NCBI GenBank assembly: GCA_964016885.1
Contig: OZ024743.1
Location: 192,696,001-192,760,000 of the forward strand
Origin: Eledone cirrhosa
Lineage: Eukaryota
DNA: 64,000 nucleotides
Reading direction: 5' to 3'
The translations under genes and the position numbers were made by a program. The notes beneath the pieces were generated by a model. The model worked only from the letters and a program-made list of their open reading frames with translations. It did not search any database and was not told the origin of the DNA. Positions 13,339 through 26,769 of this stretch are shown piece by piece (position 1 is the first letter of the stretch; every line of letters begins with the position of its first letter).

Positions 13339-13489
13339 ACATCAGTATTGTACAGGTGATTATTTATCGACCTGGAATGGATGAAAGGCAAAGTTTACAT
13401 CAGTGGGATTTGACCTCAGAACGCAGCCTGAACGAATGCCACAAAGCCTTATATTCGACTTTCTAACGACTCTGCCAATTCAGCGTTTT

Positions 13490-13717
13490 ATGGTTCCACA
13501 ATACTAAGGTTGTTTATTTCAAAGTGTTTATATTTATCTAAAAACCTTCTATCATCATTTTATGTAAGAACCTTTGTTAAATGATGTTCCAAACACCAGC
13601 TTAACAACGAGAAATTTAGTTATATTATTAACTCCCTCCAAATTCATTATTATTTTCGAAATGATTTTAAAATCTTAAGCAGTATCTTTAATTACAAATA
13701 TTGTCACGAGAGGGCTT
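13490..13717. mobile_element. MITE family copy (related to 19010-19270 and 62442-62893)
   Basis: Shared AAAGTGTTTATATTTAT..TTTTATGTAA..TTCCAAACA blocks and a TTAA-bounded end. Confidence 0.55.
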
Positions 13718-14589
13718 AAGGAAAAAATGATATAATGCACCCTTTAATAAAAAACTGAAATTGAAATTGTACGATAGTTTCTTTAATTTAAGATTCTTAC
13801 AAGTTGATGATGAACACTAGTGGTATGGCAAATTTAAGTTTTGAGTAAGTGGCAATCAACAACATTCAATTCCTGATTTCCAATGACGTATTCCTTTTAT
13901 CAGCCCTTAAAAAAGGGGTGGATGAATTCCTCAGAATCAAAAGCCATCCACCCCCAACTATCGGTTAAATAGCCTCACCGACTTTACACCCTTGACATGA
14001 ACAAAACCAAACAGAAAGTAGTAGAGGTTCCTCCAATAAGAGTGAGAAGGAGCTGGATTGGATTGGTTCCTTTTATCTTAAACTGCCCAGAATGTAGCAG
14101 ACTTTTTAAACCATACCAATAACTAGTTCAAGCACATGAAGACATGCATTTTTTTCTTTCTTTTTTTTCTGCTTTAGAATTGACGATGATAGACGGTTTG
14201 GGTTAACATTGCTTCCCATCGAAAAAAAAAAAACAGTTGGCGACTGAGGTAGACTATGATAAAATAATAAATATCATTGCAAAAATGAAGACAAAATAAT
14301 AAATATCATTGCAAAAATGAAGACAAAATAATTACAGACACATACACAGGCATACACGGACGCAAACATGCACATTCACGCACACGCACACATAGACATA
14401 AACAAGCAATCACACATCCATAAATATCCACACACACGCACATCTTTTGATCCCCCACAATTTGCTAGCCCAGAGTAAGATTTACATACGCACACACACA
14501 CACTCACACACTCAAGCACACACAAATATACACATCCTTTGACCCCCCCCATCCTCTCAGAGTTTGCAAGCCCTGAATAAGGTTTAGAC

Positions 14590-14673
<84 letters not shown>

Positions 14674-15001
14674 ACTCTCTCTCTCTTTCTTTCTCACACA
14701 CACACAGACAGACACTCACACGCATCTTTTGAATTATCAGTTTGCAAGCCCCAGAGTAACAGTTAGGAAGTTCAACAACTCTGAAAACTCCCAGAGGAGA
14801 ACAGCTGAAGATTATTATACAATCTGGTTTCAAATCTCGTTGAGGCCAATTTTACTTTTTACCTTTTACCTTCCGGAATCGATAAAATAACGAACCAATC
14901 AAGTACTTGGATCAATATAATCGAATTCCCCCCTCCCCCACATTAAAAAAATTACTGGCCTTGGTGCCAAAATTTGAAACCACCACCACCACCGCCATCA
15001 C

Positions 15002-15037
<36 letters not shown>

Positions 15038-15145
15038 GTCGAGCAACGACAGGAGAAGGTACCCGTCATTGGTGGTTAAGATGATTGTCGATGTGTGGTG
15101 TTCTTCAATTATCCTTAGGTATTCTGCTCACTGTACCAGGAAAAC

Positions 15146-15225
15146 TATACTATGTATACCTGACGTGTATACTATGTATACCTGACGTGTATACTATGTA
15201 TACCTGACGTGTATACTATGTATAC
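15146..15225. repeat. 22-bp tandem repeat, about 3.6 copies
   Basis: TATACTATGTATACCTGACGTG repeated. Confidence 0.9.
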
Positions 15226-15349
15226 TTGTTACTCATTTTTTCATTTCTATATAAACCCCACCATAATGTTGCTGTCTTTTTAAGGTCTCCTTCATCTGAT
15301 GCCATTGTGGCAAATGAAACAAATCACTATCATCATTATCATGACTATG

Positions 15350-15665
15350 AGGGCGGTGTGTTGGTAGTATTGATAGAGCGTCAGACACCATGCTTTTCCA
15401 GCATAGAGTTATGACCCTTTATGTTCTGAGTTCAAATCCCGCCGAGGTTAGCTTTGCCTTTCATCCTTAAGGGGTCGATAAAATAAAATACCAGTAATGT
15501 ACTGAGGTCGATTTAATCGACTTTCCCTTCTCCCCAAAATTGCTGGCATTGTGCCTGTAGTAGAAATCATTACTTTGCCTTTCATCCTTACGGGGTCGAT
15601 AAAATAAAGTACCAGTAATGTACTGGGTAATTGCTGGCCTTGTGCCAAAAGTAGAAACAATTATT
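15350..15665 (+). mobile_element. tRNA-derived SINE family A with internally duplicated 3' part
   Basis: GAGTTCAAATCCCGCCGAGG; CTTTGCCTTTCATCCTTA..GGGGTCGATAAAATAAA occurs twice. Other copies lie near 10.9k(-), 13.4k(-), 14.9k, 36.1k, 38.5k(-) and 52.6k. Confidence 0.75.
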
Positions 15666-16099
15666 ACCTTTGTTGTTCAGTCTGTCAAGACATGTATGCA
15701 CACATGTTTTGTTAATTTTAACGTGTTTACATAATATTCGTTGTTATATTTTTGTCAAAAACTCTCAATTGGGCGCCATATATTGCCTTCTGAAAAGGAA
15801 GCCCATAATATTTGGGCTTTGGGCCCAAATATTTAAACTTTATTTTTATTTTTCACGCTTATAAGCGTTAACAATATGGAGGAAATGCGCTCCTCCGCTT
15901 TCAGCCAGCTGGTGCATGACAGCGACTCAAAGGTCGACAATAACGTCACCACCCCCACCACAACAAACGTCACCACAGTTACCACTACCACCACTTCAGA
16001 CAACAAAGCTACCGTCGCCAACAACACCAGCAACAAATGCCACGATAGCAAAACAGCAGAAGCACATCAACAGCAACAACTACAACAATAACAAAAACG

Positions 16100-16920
16100 G
16101 TGACAATAACAACAGCAACAATGACAACAACAATAAAAACACCAACCAGTAACAACGACGACGACAACAATAACATCAACAACAACGGCAAAGACAACAA
16201 CAACAACAACAAAAGCAACAACAACGACAACAAAAGCAGAAACAACAATAACAAAATCACATTCGTAACTACATTCGCGAAAACAACGAAACTGTTCAAC
16301 ATGAACTTGCGTAGGAGGGATGGAGGTTTGACTCAGGCAGCCAAAGTTGTAAAAGTAGACAAAACCCGGGCCAACATAAGTGTTTTGCCTGAGGTGTTGG
16401 CAGCAACAGAGATAAAGACTCTCATTTATAGATGTATTGGCATTAACTCCACAAAGCCGGAGCCGTCCCCACCATCTCAGGTGGAGGATGCTCTGAAGAG
16501 TTTAAAGCCAGACATTTAACACGTGGCAAAGGCCAAGCAGTTTGGGAGCATCTCGGAGCTCTGCAATAGTGATGACCTTGCAAAAAAAAAGTATTCTGCG
16601 GTCCCCTGTAAAACGGACCAATATATTTTGTTTCCCTCTCACGTGGGAAGAACACTGAAGATCTGAATTGCTGGGAGCTCACCAGAAATGGACAATCTGG
16701 TGGATCTTAGCACACATACTCCTGGAGGGAAGTAAAACGCTCCTCGAGGTAAAGTGAATCTGGAGGGAGAACTTGTCTGGCGTCAGTCTTGAGATACTTC
16801 TCCAGATCAAATCAGAGGAAATTGAAAAGATTCAAAAACTAATTCGCCTTCCAAGTGGCGTGGAGCTAAGAGTAATTATTGAAGGCAAAAGATCCCGCTG
16901 TCATCTTTGTGGGAAAACCA
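16100..16920 (+). pseudogene. Decayed ORF1 of a divergent Tx1-like LINE
   Basis: SGVSLEILLQIKSEEIEKIQKLIRL..VIIEGKRSRCHLCG aligns by eye to ORF1 at 26770-28671 (SGTGIELVVQMKPERIAQIPDRILL..ISVEGRRPSCHICA). Frameshifted, with an Asn-rich N-terminus. Confidence 0.7.
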
Positions 16921-17036
16921 GTGTTGTCTGCTTTGTTGTTTCTGTTTACTTTTTGCACACACACACGCGCGCGCGCGCGCGCATGCATACATACATACAT
17001 ACATACATACATACATACATACATACATACATACGC

Positions 17037-17123
<87 letters not shown>

Positions 17124-17549
17124 ATAAATGGAGTAAGTAAGTGTATGCAGAAAAAAGAAGCATTTATGATAACAAGGTAAGATACAAAAAAAAACCTTGA
17201 ATGGGGAGACACGTGGAGGGAGAAGGGAAGTAGAAAGAAAGAAGGAGGGGAAAAGAGGAGAGGGAGAGAGAGAACTAGGAAAGATGGCAACGAGAAAATT
17301 ACGATGAGATCAGGAGGAGGAGGAAATCTCTTCCCCGCCCGCCCTAGTGTTCACTGCAGCCCATCCTCAGTGAATTTCAGAACTTCTTTACAGGAAACAT
17401 TATCTTCTACCCTACCACCCGACCATCAAACGTCTACCTGCACCCCGTTAACTGTTGTTATAAGTAAGTCGTCTCAGGTTTCAAGGTTTGTTAAGAATTA
17501 CTACTATTGGGCCTTCATATAAAACCCTTTACTAACTGATATCTGAAGA

Positions 17550-18106
17550 CTAAGTAGCAATAACAGATACGACTGCTGCAACTATAATTGCACCAGCAAT
17601 AACTGCAGCAACAGCTAAGGCAACAACACCTTCAGTAGCAGTAGCAGCAACAACAATAGCTGCATCAACAGAAACAACCACAACAGCAACAGTAACGTCT
17701 ACAGCTGCGACATCATCATCAACTACAATAGCAACAACTAGAACTGCATCAGCATCATCAGCAGCATCGACAGCTGTACCACCAACATCTACACCAGCAG
17801 CAATACCAACAATTATGATGGCAGCAGTAACAACAAGGATAACAACAACAACGACGACAAGGATAACAACAACAACGACAACGACGACAACGACGACGAC
17901 AACAACAACCAACGACGACAACAACAACAACGACGACAATGACGACAACAACGACAACGACAACGACAACAACAACGACGACAACGACAACGACGACGAC
18001 AACAACAACGGCGGCGACAACGACGATAACAACGACGACAACGACGACGATAACAACAACGATAATGACAGCAACGATGACGATGACAACAACAATAACA
18101 ACAACA
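17550..18106. repeat. Degenerate (ACA/ACG/GCA)n trinucleotide tract
   Basis: Low-complexity triplet repeat seen directly. Confidence 0.9.
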
Positions 18107-18611
18107 GGGTCGGTGCTACCATTAAGCCAACGAGGTAGCCAGTCCTCAGAATGTAGTCCTCAGACGCCATATTGAATCTTAAACAACCACAGTTTTATAC
18201 AAATCTAAACTATAATAAAGTAAGGAGTGCGGGACTGCGTACGGTTTGTTTCTTTTAATCCGGTTAGTAAAATAAGTTGGGTTACTTTGAATAAATAATG
18301 AATGAATATTACATAATTTATCTACTAAATTTCGTAGCTGTTGATTAAATATATTTTATTGCTTATTTAAAGATTCACTTCTTTAAAATTTCCAAATGTC
18401 AACACTTCCGGTTAGCGATCGCTTAAATAAACATTCATATATAATATCGTCTTTTTTTTATGTATGATGGATTACGTTACTGATTACATAAGCGAGTGTA
18501 ATGCAGTCTTCGTTCAATTTTTGTGCATATTGTCAATTTCGATTTTATTTGATGTATCATATCTATAGGCATATATGCTTGCGTATAATATCAATAGGCA
18601 CATTACACATG

Positions 18612-18648
18612 CTAGCAGAAAACCACCCGAAGGGTGGTTTTCTGCTAG
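18612..18648. repeat. Perfect 17-bp hairpin with GAA loop
   Basis: CTAGCAGAAAACCACCC-GAA-GGGTGGTTTTCTGCTAG. Confidence 0.9.
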
Positions 18649-19359
18649 TTTGTATAATTAATTTAAACACAATTTCCTGTGATCAGTAAATAAATCACTA
18701 AACATCTTTTGCCGTGTTGCAGCGTTGTGGAAATATCCAAAGCGGTGGAGAGGACCGTATGGTGTTATAATCTGTAACATGATTTGGCATGGATGAGTGT
18801 GGACTGTGTAGTGGAAAATGCAGGCTTAGTAATTTTCTTAGCGTGGTCAGAACAAGAAGTGTCAAAACCTAAGTTCATCTGGCTTACCAAACCCTAAGTG
18901 GAAATTATTTTATTAGGCCAGGGTGCTAAATATAGGCCTAGCTTCTACGTGGTCACTGCACCTGCTCGATATAGCACATAAGCCTATCCCAAATCAGTTC
19001 CTACAGCCTTAACTATTCGATATATTTTAAACTACCTCTAGTTCTACATTTATAAAACCGTTTGTCGTAAAGTGTTTATATTTATATTTTAAAAGCCTTC
19101 CATCTTAATTTTATGTAAAAACATTTGTTAAGTTATATTCCAAACAACAAATAGATAATGAGAAAATTAGATATATCACTAAATCTCCCCAAATACTTAA
19201 TTATGTTCAAGATGATTTGAAAATAATAGGCAGTGTGTTTCATTAGAAATATGATAACGAAATGGTTAAAAATGACAAGCGTCATACAACAAAAAGCCTC
19301 TATGTGGGCACTGCATCTGGTAGAAATAGCAACGTGCGTTTGGCAGGTTGTATGCGTTT

Positions 19360-19625
19360 GAACTGAGTAGTTAAGAAGTTTCATTCACAATCACAACATC
19401 CAGTGTTCGATCCCACAACGTGGCATCTTGGGCAAGTATATTTACCATAGCCTCGGGTCAAGCCGAGCCTTGTGAGTAAAATTATGAAGAAGGAAACTGT
19501 TTAGAAGCCAGTCGGATGGATTGTACCTGTAATTCAAAGGTCCAGTTATGTCACACACTGTGTCGTGCTAAATCTCCCTGAGAATTACGGTAAATAAACT
19601 TGTGTCTATGCAATACTCAACCACC
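19360..19625 (+). mobile_element. tRNA-derived SINE family B
   Basis: GTTCGATCCCAC..GGCATCTTGGGCAAGT..GCCTTGTGAGT. Relatives lie near 3.9k(-), 29.55k, 35.2k, 36.9k(-) and 51.75k(-). Confidence 0.65.
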
Positions 19626-21729
19626 TTCAATCCAATCCGGGACCTTCTCACTCTTGTTGGAGGAATCCCGCCCTAGTTGACCATCACCACCTTTTTGTTT
19701 GGTTTTAGTCATGTCAGGGGTATAGCTGTACTAACAACGCTTGGCCAATTGCAGGTTGGTGAGGCTGTTTAACTCATATTTGGGGTGGTGGCTTTTGACT
19801 GAAGAGATCATCCACCCTTTTAACAGCTCTTGTTTTTTGTGCTGCCGGGTCTGGTAGGGGAGCCGATTTAGTCACCGACCACCCGACCATGAAGCATGTT
19901 GTACTGGGTTACATGATACCAGTAGCAGGGAGAAGTTTATTATTCATGAGTTGGATGTTCAGTTGATCAAACAACTAAATGCTCATCGTCGAAACCAACG
20001 GAGAATTCATCTCCATCAGAGACAAAACATTTTTTTGTTCCAAATTTAGTGTAATAAACAGCAGAATCGTAAGTATATAAAAATACACGGCATTGGCATT
20101 ATACATTAAAATGATTAGCAATAACGTAACAGGTATTTATTGGTGTGTGAACGCAGAGATAGTTTCAACTGTTACAGGTATCTGGAGACGGGGGGGGGGG
20201 GGGGGGAGAACAAACCACAAACGATTTGTTTTCAACGAGCGTTTATCGCTTGTTTTAGTGTATTGTGTCAGATTGAGAGATTGCATGTAAGGTATTTGTG
20301 AATAAACATTTTTATATGCCTACTTCCCCCTCTCCCTTGCACCTCCCCCTCTCACTCTCTCTCTCTTTCACACACACACACAAGTAAAAACAACACAAAT
20401 AAAACGAAGGAAAAGACGATCGAACAGTGGCATGAGAGTTTAAAATAAAGTAAAGATATAACTGAAGAAAAAACAACACAAAAACTTTAAAATTGTGAAT
20501 ATATTTACGGCGAATGAAAAGAATCTGACGTTTCCAGTTAAAACCTTTATCGAAGTAGAGTAAGAAAAGAAAAGGATAAGAAAGAAAAGGGTTTACAACA
20601 AGTTGGAGAACAGATGTGTTTGAAACGGCGGCAGAGGTAAATTATAACGTTCGGGAAAGTGAAAGTCATTTTTATGACAAGTGAATGTGTTTGTTTTTTA
20701 GTATTGCGTGTGTGATTATTTTTTCTTTTTCTTTTTTTGTGTATTGTGTGTACGGAAAATGACATTGTGTGTTGAAACAAATAAATTTTTTTTAAATAAC
20801 TACATAGTTAGACGTTTGTTGCATATAACAGACAGAAAGTTGGTGCCAACTTTGGCAAGATATTACAAAAACATCTAAACGATGATGATGACACAAACAC
20901 ATATATATATACAAACACACATATATATATACATACAGACACACATATATATACACACATATACACACCCACACATATATATATAAGAGAAAATAATCAC
21001 ACACGCAATACTAATTAACACCATATCACTATAGAGACCTGTTGTAAATAAACAAACTGTATCGTAACTTTCAATGTAAAAAAAACAAAAAAAAAACACA
21101 TTCACTTGTCAGAAAATTGACTTTCACTTTCCCGAACGTTATAATTAACCTATATTCTGTTGAATGGAAATGTGACCGTTAGAGTGGAAGTGGACAAAAC
21201 CACCAAGTGGTGCTAAGAGGAAGTAGAACGGAGAGTGGGAGTGGCGAATTAAGACGAAGGTGGAGGTAAAATTTACGGCTAGTAGAGAAGGAGGAGTAGA
21301 GTATAACACAGAGGGTGGAGGGAAAAGAGAATGGAAGAAGAAAAGAGGATGTGTAGGAAGAAAAGAGGGCATTAAAGATTATCTTTGCAATGTCAAGTTC
21401 GAAACCCCTTTTAGGGAGGCTCGGACAATGAGATAATGAGAGAGAGAGAAAGCTCATAGCCTCAGTTGATCCAAGTCTTTTGAAACATTAGGAAAGAACG
21501 ACAGTGGTAGGTGGTGGTGTTTCACGTGGAACAGGTTTTTTTAAATGTTTAAAGCTTTCTAAAAATTAAACTATAAACTTCCTGTATAATACGAAACTGC
21601 ATTAGCAAGACATTTTTGAAATGTACCAAACACCATTATGACTGCATCACATTAAAGATTAAAGTCTTTACTCTAATAGTGAAAATGTTCGCAAATAAAG
21701 AAACTATAAGCATTTGAATTAACAAACTC

Positions 21730-21889
<160 letters not shown>

Positions 21890-22606
21890 ATGTTAACTAC
21901 GTTAGAATATTGGATGAAATGCTTTGCGGTGCTCGTTCCGGTACTCTGCGCTCTGAGTTCAAATCCCACTGAGGTCAATAATTTTGCCTTTCAACCTTTC
22001 TAGGTCGATAAAAAAAGTACCAGATCAGCAATGAGATCGATTTTTTCTATATATTTATTTCTCACTTCTTCTCTATCACTTTTTTCCTGGAATAGGCTGT
22101 ATTCAGGTATTCAGACCTGGAGATGGATGGGCTTCGCCAGGTTTTAAATGCCCAAGAAACGCTGTATTTCCCCCATGGTGCCTCTACGACTCCACAAGGA
22201 GTTACGGGTACATACAAACATGGAGGGAATTCCGTCGGTTATGACGACGAGTGTTCTAGTTGATCCGATCAACGGAAAAGCCTGCTCATGAAATTAACGC
22301 GGAAGTGGTTGAGCATTCTACAAACACACGCACCCTTAACGTACTTTTCAGGGAGATTCGGCGTGACACAATGTGACAAGGCTGACCCTTCAAATTACAG
22401 GTACAACTCATTTTTGCCAGCTGAGTGAACATGAAATAAAGTGTCTTGCTGAAGGACACAGCGCGCCGCTGGGAATCGAACTCACGATCTTACCATCGTG
22501 AGCCGAATTCACTGCACGCACACACACACACGCACGCACACACACACACATACATACATACATACATACATACATACATACATACATACATACATACATA
22601 CATACA

Positions 22607-22637
<31 letters not shown>

Positions 22638-22891
22638 TCAAATCCACACTCTTTGTAACCGCGTATAATATATTCAAATGCATCTTATTTGACATCGGGT
22701 AGAGTAAGGTTTTTGCTTCGAAACCACCTTATTTATTGTCTCCGACATCGGTAAATAATCTACATTCTTTGGTGTTTTATGGCGTAACATTCCAAAGAGA
22801 TAATTATAGCAATGTTATTAGAGACATATATCTTCATGACACAGTTATCTTATGCTATTTACTTGTATGTTTATCATATGGTATATATTAT

Positions 22892-22959
<68 letters not shown>

Positions 22960-23028
22960 TACGTTCCGTTCATTTGTATGTGCCTCATAGAGATACCTAT
23001 GCATATTTATTTGTGTGTGTTTATATGT

Positions 23029-23036
23029 ATAGATAG

Positions 23037-23067
<31 letters not shown>

Positions 23068-23083
23068 TAAATATATAGATAGA
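23029..23083. repeat. (GATA)n tract at the LINE 3' junction
   Basis: GATA repeats directly abut TTTCTTTATTT (AAATAAAGAAA on the minus strand). Confidence 0.92.
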
Positions 23084-23298
23084 TTTCTTTATTTACCATA
23101 AAGGCATAAAAAGAAGGGACAAATACAAAGGGGGAGTTTACATATAATCGAGTAAAAAGGGTGTAACATGAAAATAATCGAAAATAACCTCAAAAGGGAG
23201 GGGACGTGATGGGGGTTGCACACACCCCCGAAAAAGTGTGCAATCCTTTGCCCGGGGAGCACATGGAGAAGGTGCTCCCCTCTCCTTTACTTCTTTAC

Positions 23299-26200
23299 CT
23301 ACAGGATGGTATACAGAGAAGGCCCATTTACACGAGCCATTCTCGCCACTATCACCCACCTTTCATAAAACTGCCTGTGGCCAAGCACCTCTCTCTCCAT
23401 TCTTATCCTTCTTCCGAAGTGATATCGGAAGAAGTAGACCAGACTATGGCCAGAGAGGAAGTTGCCTGACCTCAGACCTTTCAATCGTGTCCACCAAACA
23501 ACCTCTTTCAACATGGCTATTACGCACAGAAAAACCGCCTTTGCTTCCTTTGTGAAGAGGGGAGGCGGTTTGATTGTCATCACGGACTCGGCGGTCAATT
23601 TAATCGGCGCCACCCGCGACAGCAGTTGTTCGGCGTAGCCCCACAGATCAGCCACGCCAGGACATTGCACCAATGCGTGCGCCACGGTTTCTTCGTGACG
23701 CACGCATCTAGGGCAAATCTTTTTTGAGGGATCCCTGCCCGGGCGCCCGTGTCTGTAGAGCCTCTCTCGAACGGGTAGAGCCCCCCGGTAGCACTGCCAG
23801 GCCAGTGACTTCTGGAAGTTGTCCATTGGTCCTGGGCCGAAAGTCCTACCGAACAGGCTGGCCAGTTCGTCTTCTTCCATGTCCAGCGACTCTCCAAGGG
23901 TGTCATCGCCCCTGCTAGCCACCAGCCCTCTATAGAATGATGAGGTGGATTCTCCACCGATGGCCCGGCCCGCTTGCCAGAGAGCCCTGAGCGCCTGAGC
24001 ACACTCAGTGTGCCAGTCTCCCAGTTTTCCGGATCTTTGCTTGACCCAGGACTGTAGCTCGGTGAGTGAGACGAGTCTCGGAAAGGCTCGTTTCACGAAC
24101 GGAGCCCACACCGGTTGACCAGTGAGGAATACCTGTAGGTGTCGTAGCCTTAATGCGTGCCTACGCATCATCAACCACGGCATCCCCAGCCCTCCTTTCG
24201 AAGGTTGTTGGCAGCAGATGGATCTTCTCACCATAGGAGGACGCTTCTTCCAAAGAAATTGGAAGAGCATGCGTTCCATGGTGGTGAGTGTTTCCTTAGG
24301 GCAAGGCACGACAGTCAGGCGGTAGTAAGTGACGGACGCTATGTAAATGTTCGCCACCTCCGCCCGGCCTTTTAGGGACAGCTTACACTTGGCCCATTTC
24401 TGGGTTAGTGCAAACACCTTGTTCGTAACCTCGTTCCAGTTCTTTTCCACCTGGAGGTCCGGTCCAAACCAGACCCCAAGCAACTTTACCGGGCCCTCCG
24501 TCCAGTGTCCGACGACACCGTCAGGAGGCATCGGTTTGCCTCTCCACGTTCCGAGTTGCAGCCCGATGGATTTTTCCCGGTTCAGTTTCGCTCCTGACAA
24601 CCTTTCGTACTCCTCCAGTAAGGTACCGATCGCCTCGATCTCCGAGTCGGTTGATACCATTACTGTTACGTCATCGGCGTAGGCCGACACCGCTTTGCTC
24701 AATCCTGGTTCCAGGGGGATACCCTGCAACAACTCCAACTTCCTCAGTAAAGGCTCGAGAGTCAATACGTACAGAAGGGAGGAGAGAGGGCACCCCTGTC
24801 GAATGGATCGTGTGATTTCGAACGGCTTCGAAAGGTAGCCGTTCACCTTGATCCTAGAACAGATGTGGTTGCTATGTAGGGCAGTGATCCAGCCTCTGAA
24901 AACAGGACCGAACCCAGCCGCCGCTAGCACCGCATCCAGGTAACCATGGTCGACCCTATCGAAGGCCTTAGACTGATCCAAGTTGATCAGGGCCCCACCG
25001 AAGCCGGGTTTGTTGCCAACCCTCTCTATGATGTATCGCATGAGGTGGAGGTTATCGTGAATGGACCTGGATGGGATAGCACATGTCTGCGCATCTCCCA
25101 CCAGGCCACCCACGACAAGCGCCAACCTCTTTGCTAACACCTTGGCCAAAATCTTTAACTCTGTGTTTAGCAGGGTTATGGGCCGAAAATTATTTATACT
25201 ATCCCCCTTGTTCTCGTCCTTCCTCACCAGCGTGACTACGCCCTTGGCTACAGAACAAGGAATTCTCCCGTTCTGCTGCCAATTGCAGTAGACCGCTTCG
25301 AGGAGTTCGGAGAAGAAGACCGGCATTGCTAAATAAAGTTCGTAAGGTATACCATCGAGACCTGGAGATTTGCGTCTGCTGCATTGGCTCAGCGCATCTC
25401 CGATCTCATCAGCCGAGATTGGTCCCTCGCAGGACTCTGCCTCTTTGTTCGAGAGACGCGGCAGGCCGTCGAGGTATGGACCGAAATCCACGCCCCGGCC
25501 CGGACCCTCGCCTCCCCCGAACAATCGGGCAAAGTGCTTTTGAAAGGCCTCGCACATCTGCTTAGGCTCCCGGATCACTCGTCCATCTTCGTCTTGCAAC
25601 GACCGGATGGTGGATCGATTTCCACTTTTAGCTTCTGTCACGCGGGCCCATCCAACGGCTTTGGCCCCCTCATTACCTAGAGCACGTATTTTACTTCGAA
25701 TGACGCAGCCTTCATGCTTTGCATCGAAAAACTGGTTCAAGGCCGTCCTCGATGCCAGCACTCTGGCCACATCTTCGCTCTTGATTGCCTCTTCTAATTT
25801 ACCTGTTAATTCTTTCTCGTTTCTATTCCTATTGGCAGCTAACATCTTGCTATAACTTATTGATTCTGTTCTAATCTCTCTTTTGAGAGATGCCCACCAT
25901 CGGTTGTTGACGATTGCACCCGTCAACCTCTCCTTAACTAATCTGCTAATCCGGTTTCTGTAAGTCTCTTTTGCCGGTAAAGACAAATTAAGTTTCCAGT
26001 AACCGGGACCCTGCCTATGTGTTTTCTCGAGATTGACCACGCAGGTCACTAATTTGTGATCCGTGTAGCCAACCGTGCGCATTTCTGGACAGCTTAATAT
26101 GTCCCTATCCTTACTTCTAACTAAGAATCTATCTAAGTACGATCTAGATTGACCACTGTGGTTTCTCCAAGTCCAGGTAGGCACAGTTGGAAAATCTAGT

Positions 26201-26736
26201 CGATATCTATCGACCAAGTTAAAACGGTCGAGTAACCCCTTGAGGCTGTTACGCCCCCCTCTATTAGGACATGCTCCTGCATAGTCCCAACGTGCATCCA
26301 GGATGTCATTCCAATCCCCCGCTAGAAGCAGGGAACGCGACGTTCCCAGAAAAGTCTCCAAACGCTGGAAGAAGTCGGGCCGTTCAGCTCCGAAAGGGGA
26401 GTAGACGGCGACCAGTCTCAAGGCCGCACTTTCACTACTGCCAACGTCTAGCACCAACAAACGACCCTCCGGGTCCGAGTGCACAACCTGTACGGCAAGA
26501 CCCAGGTGTTTTTGCAGCAGCACGACAACCCCACCCCCACCTCCAGGTTGACAGAGAGATGCATGAACCTCAAAGTCATCGAAGGTGGGGGCCAGCTGCC
26601 GCATGACGCTGATTCGAGTCTCACAGATAACCATTACATTTATACTACATGACCTGAGGTCATTTAGAAGCTTTGCTTGCTTCCAAGTTGAGCCCAGGCC
26701 ACGTGCATTCAAACATCCTACTCTTAACACATCCAT
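23299..26736 (-). CDS. LINE ORF2: APE endonuclease, reverse transcriptase, C-terminal zinc finger (1145 aa, uninterrupted)
   Basis: LNARGL, ICET, GDWN, SYLDRFLV, TDH; KSPGLDG, FRPITLLN, DQSKAFDRV, IRQGCPLS, AYADD, LLGVWF; CPRC..ETVAHALVQC. Confidence 0.96.
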   Translation of the reverse strand: MDVLRVGCLNARGLGSTWKQAKLLNDLRSCSINVMVICETRISVMRQLAPTFDDFEVHASLCQPGGGGGVVVLLQKHLGLAVQVVHSDPEGRLLVLDVGSSESAALRLVAVYSPFGAERPDFFQRLETFLGTSRSLLLAGDWNDILDARWDYAGACPNRGGRNSLKGLLDRFNLVDRYRLDFPTVPTWTWRNHSGQSRSYLDRFLVRSKDRDILSCPEMRTVGYTDHKLVTCVVNLEKTHRQGPGYWKLNLSLPAKETYRNRISRLVKERLTGAIVNNRWWASLKREIRTESISYSKMLAANRNRNEKELTGKLEEAIKSEDVARVLASRTALNQFFDAKHEGCVIRSKIRALGNEGAKAVGWARVTEAKSGNRSTIRSLQDEDGRVIREPKQMCEAFQKHFARLFGGGEGPGRGVDFGPYLDGLPRLSNKEAESCEGPISADEIGDALSQCSRRKSPGLDGIPYELYLAMPVFFSELLEAVYCNWQQNGRIPCSVAKGVVTLVRKDENKGDSINNFRPITLLNTELKILAKVLAKRLALVVGGLVGDAQTCAIPSRSIHDNLHLMRYIIERVGNKPGFGGALINLDQSKAFDRVDHGYLDAVLAAAGFGPVFRGWITALHSNHICSRIKVNGYLSKPFEITRSIRQGCPLSSLLYVLTLEPLLRKLELLQGIPLEPGLSKAVSAYADDVTVMVSTDSEIEAIGTLLEEYERLSGAKLNREKSIGLQLGTWRGKPMPPDGVVGHWTEGPVKLLGVWFGPDLQVEKNWNEVTNKVFALTQKWAKCKLSLKGRAEVANIYIASVTYYRLTVVPCPKETLTTMERMLFQFLWKKRPPMVRRSICCQQPSKGGLGMPWLMMRRHALRLRHLQVFLTGQPVWAPFVKRAFPRLVSLTELQSWVKQRSGKLGDWHTECAQALRALWQAGRAIGGESTSSFYRGLVASRGDDTLGESLDMEEDELASLFGRTFGPGPMDNFQKSLAWQCYRGALPVRERLYRHGRPGRDPSKKICPRCVRHEETVAHALVQCPGVADLWGYAEQLLSRVAPIKLTAESVMTIKPPPLFTKEAKAVFLCVIAMLKEVVWWTRLKGLRSGNFLSGHSLVYFFRYHFGRRIRMEREVLGHRQFYERWVIVARMARVNGPSLYTIL

Positions 26737-26769
26737 GTGGGCGGCAGAGCCAAAGGAGAGTGTAGAGAC

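Noticed and set aside
20300-21150. Possible promoter or 5' exon (unique-looking sequence with a GAG/GTAAAT donor-like site near 20635)
   Set aside because: No ORF, acceptor or other support that can be established from sequence alone.
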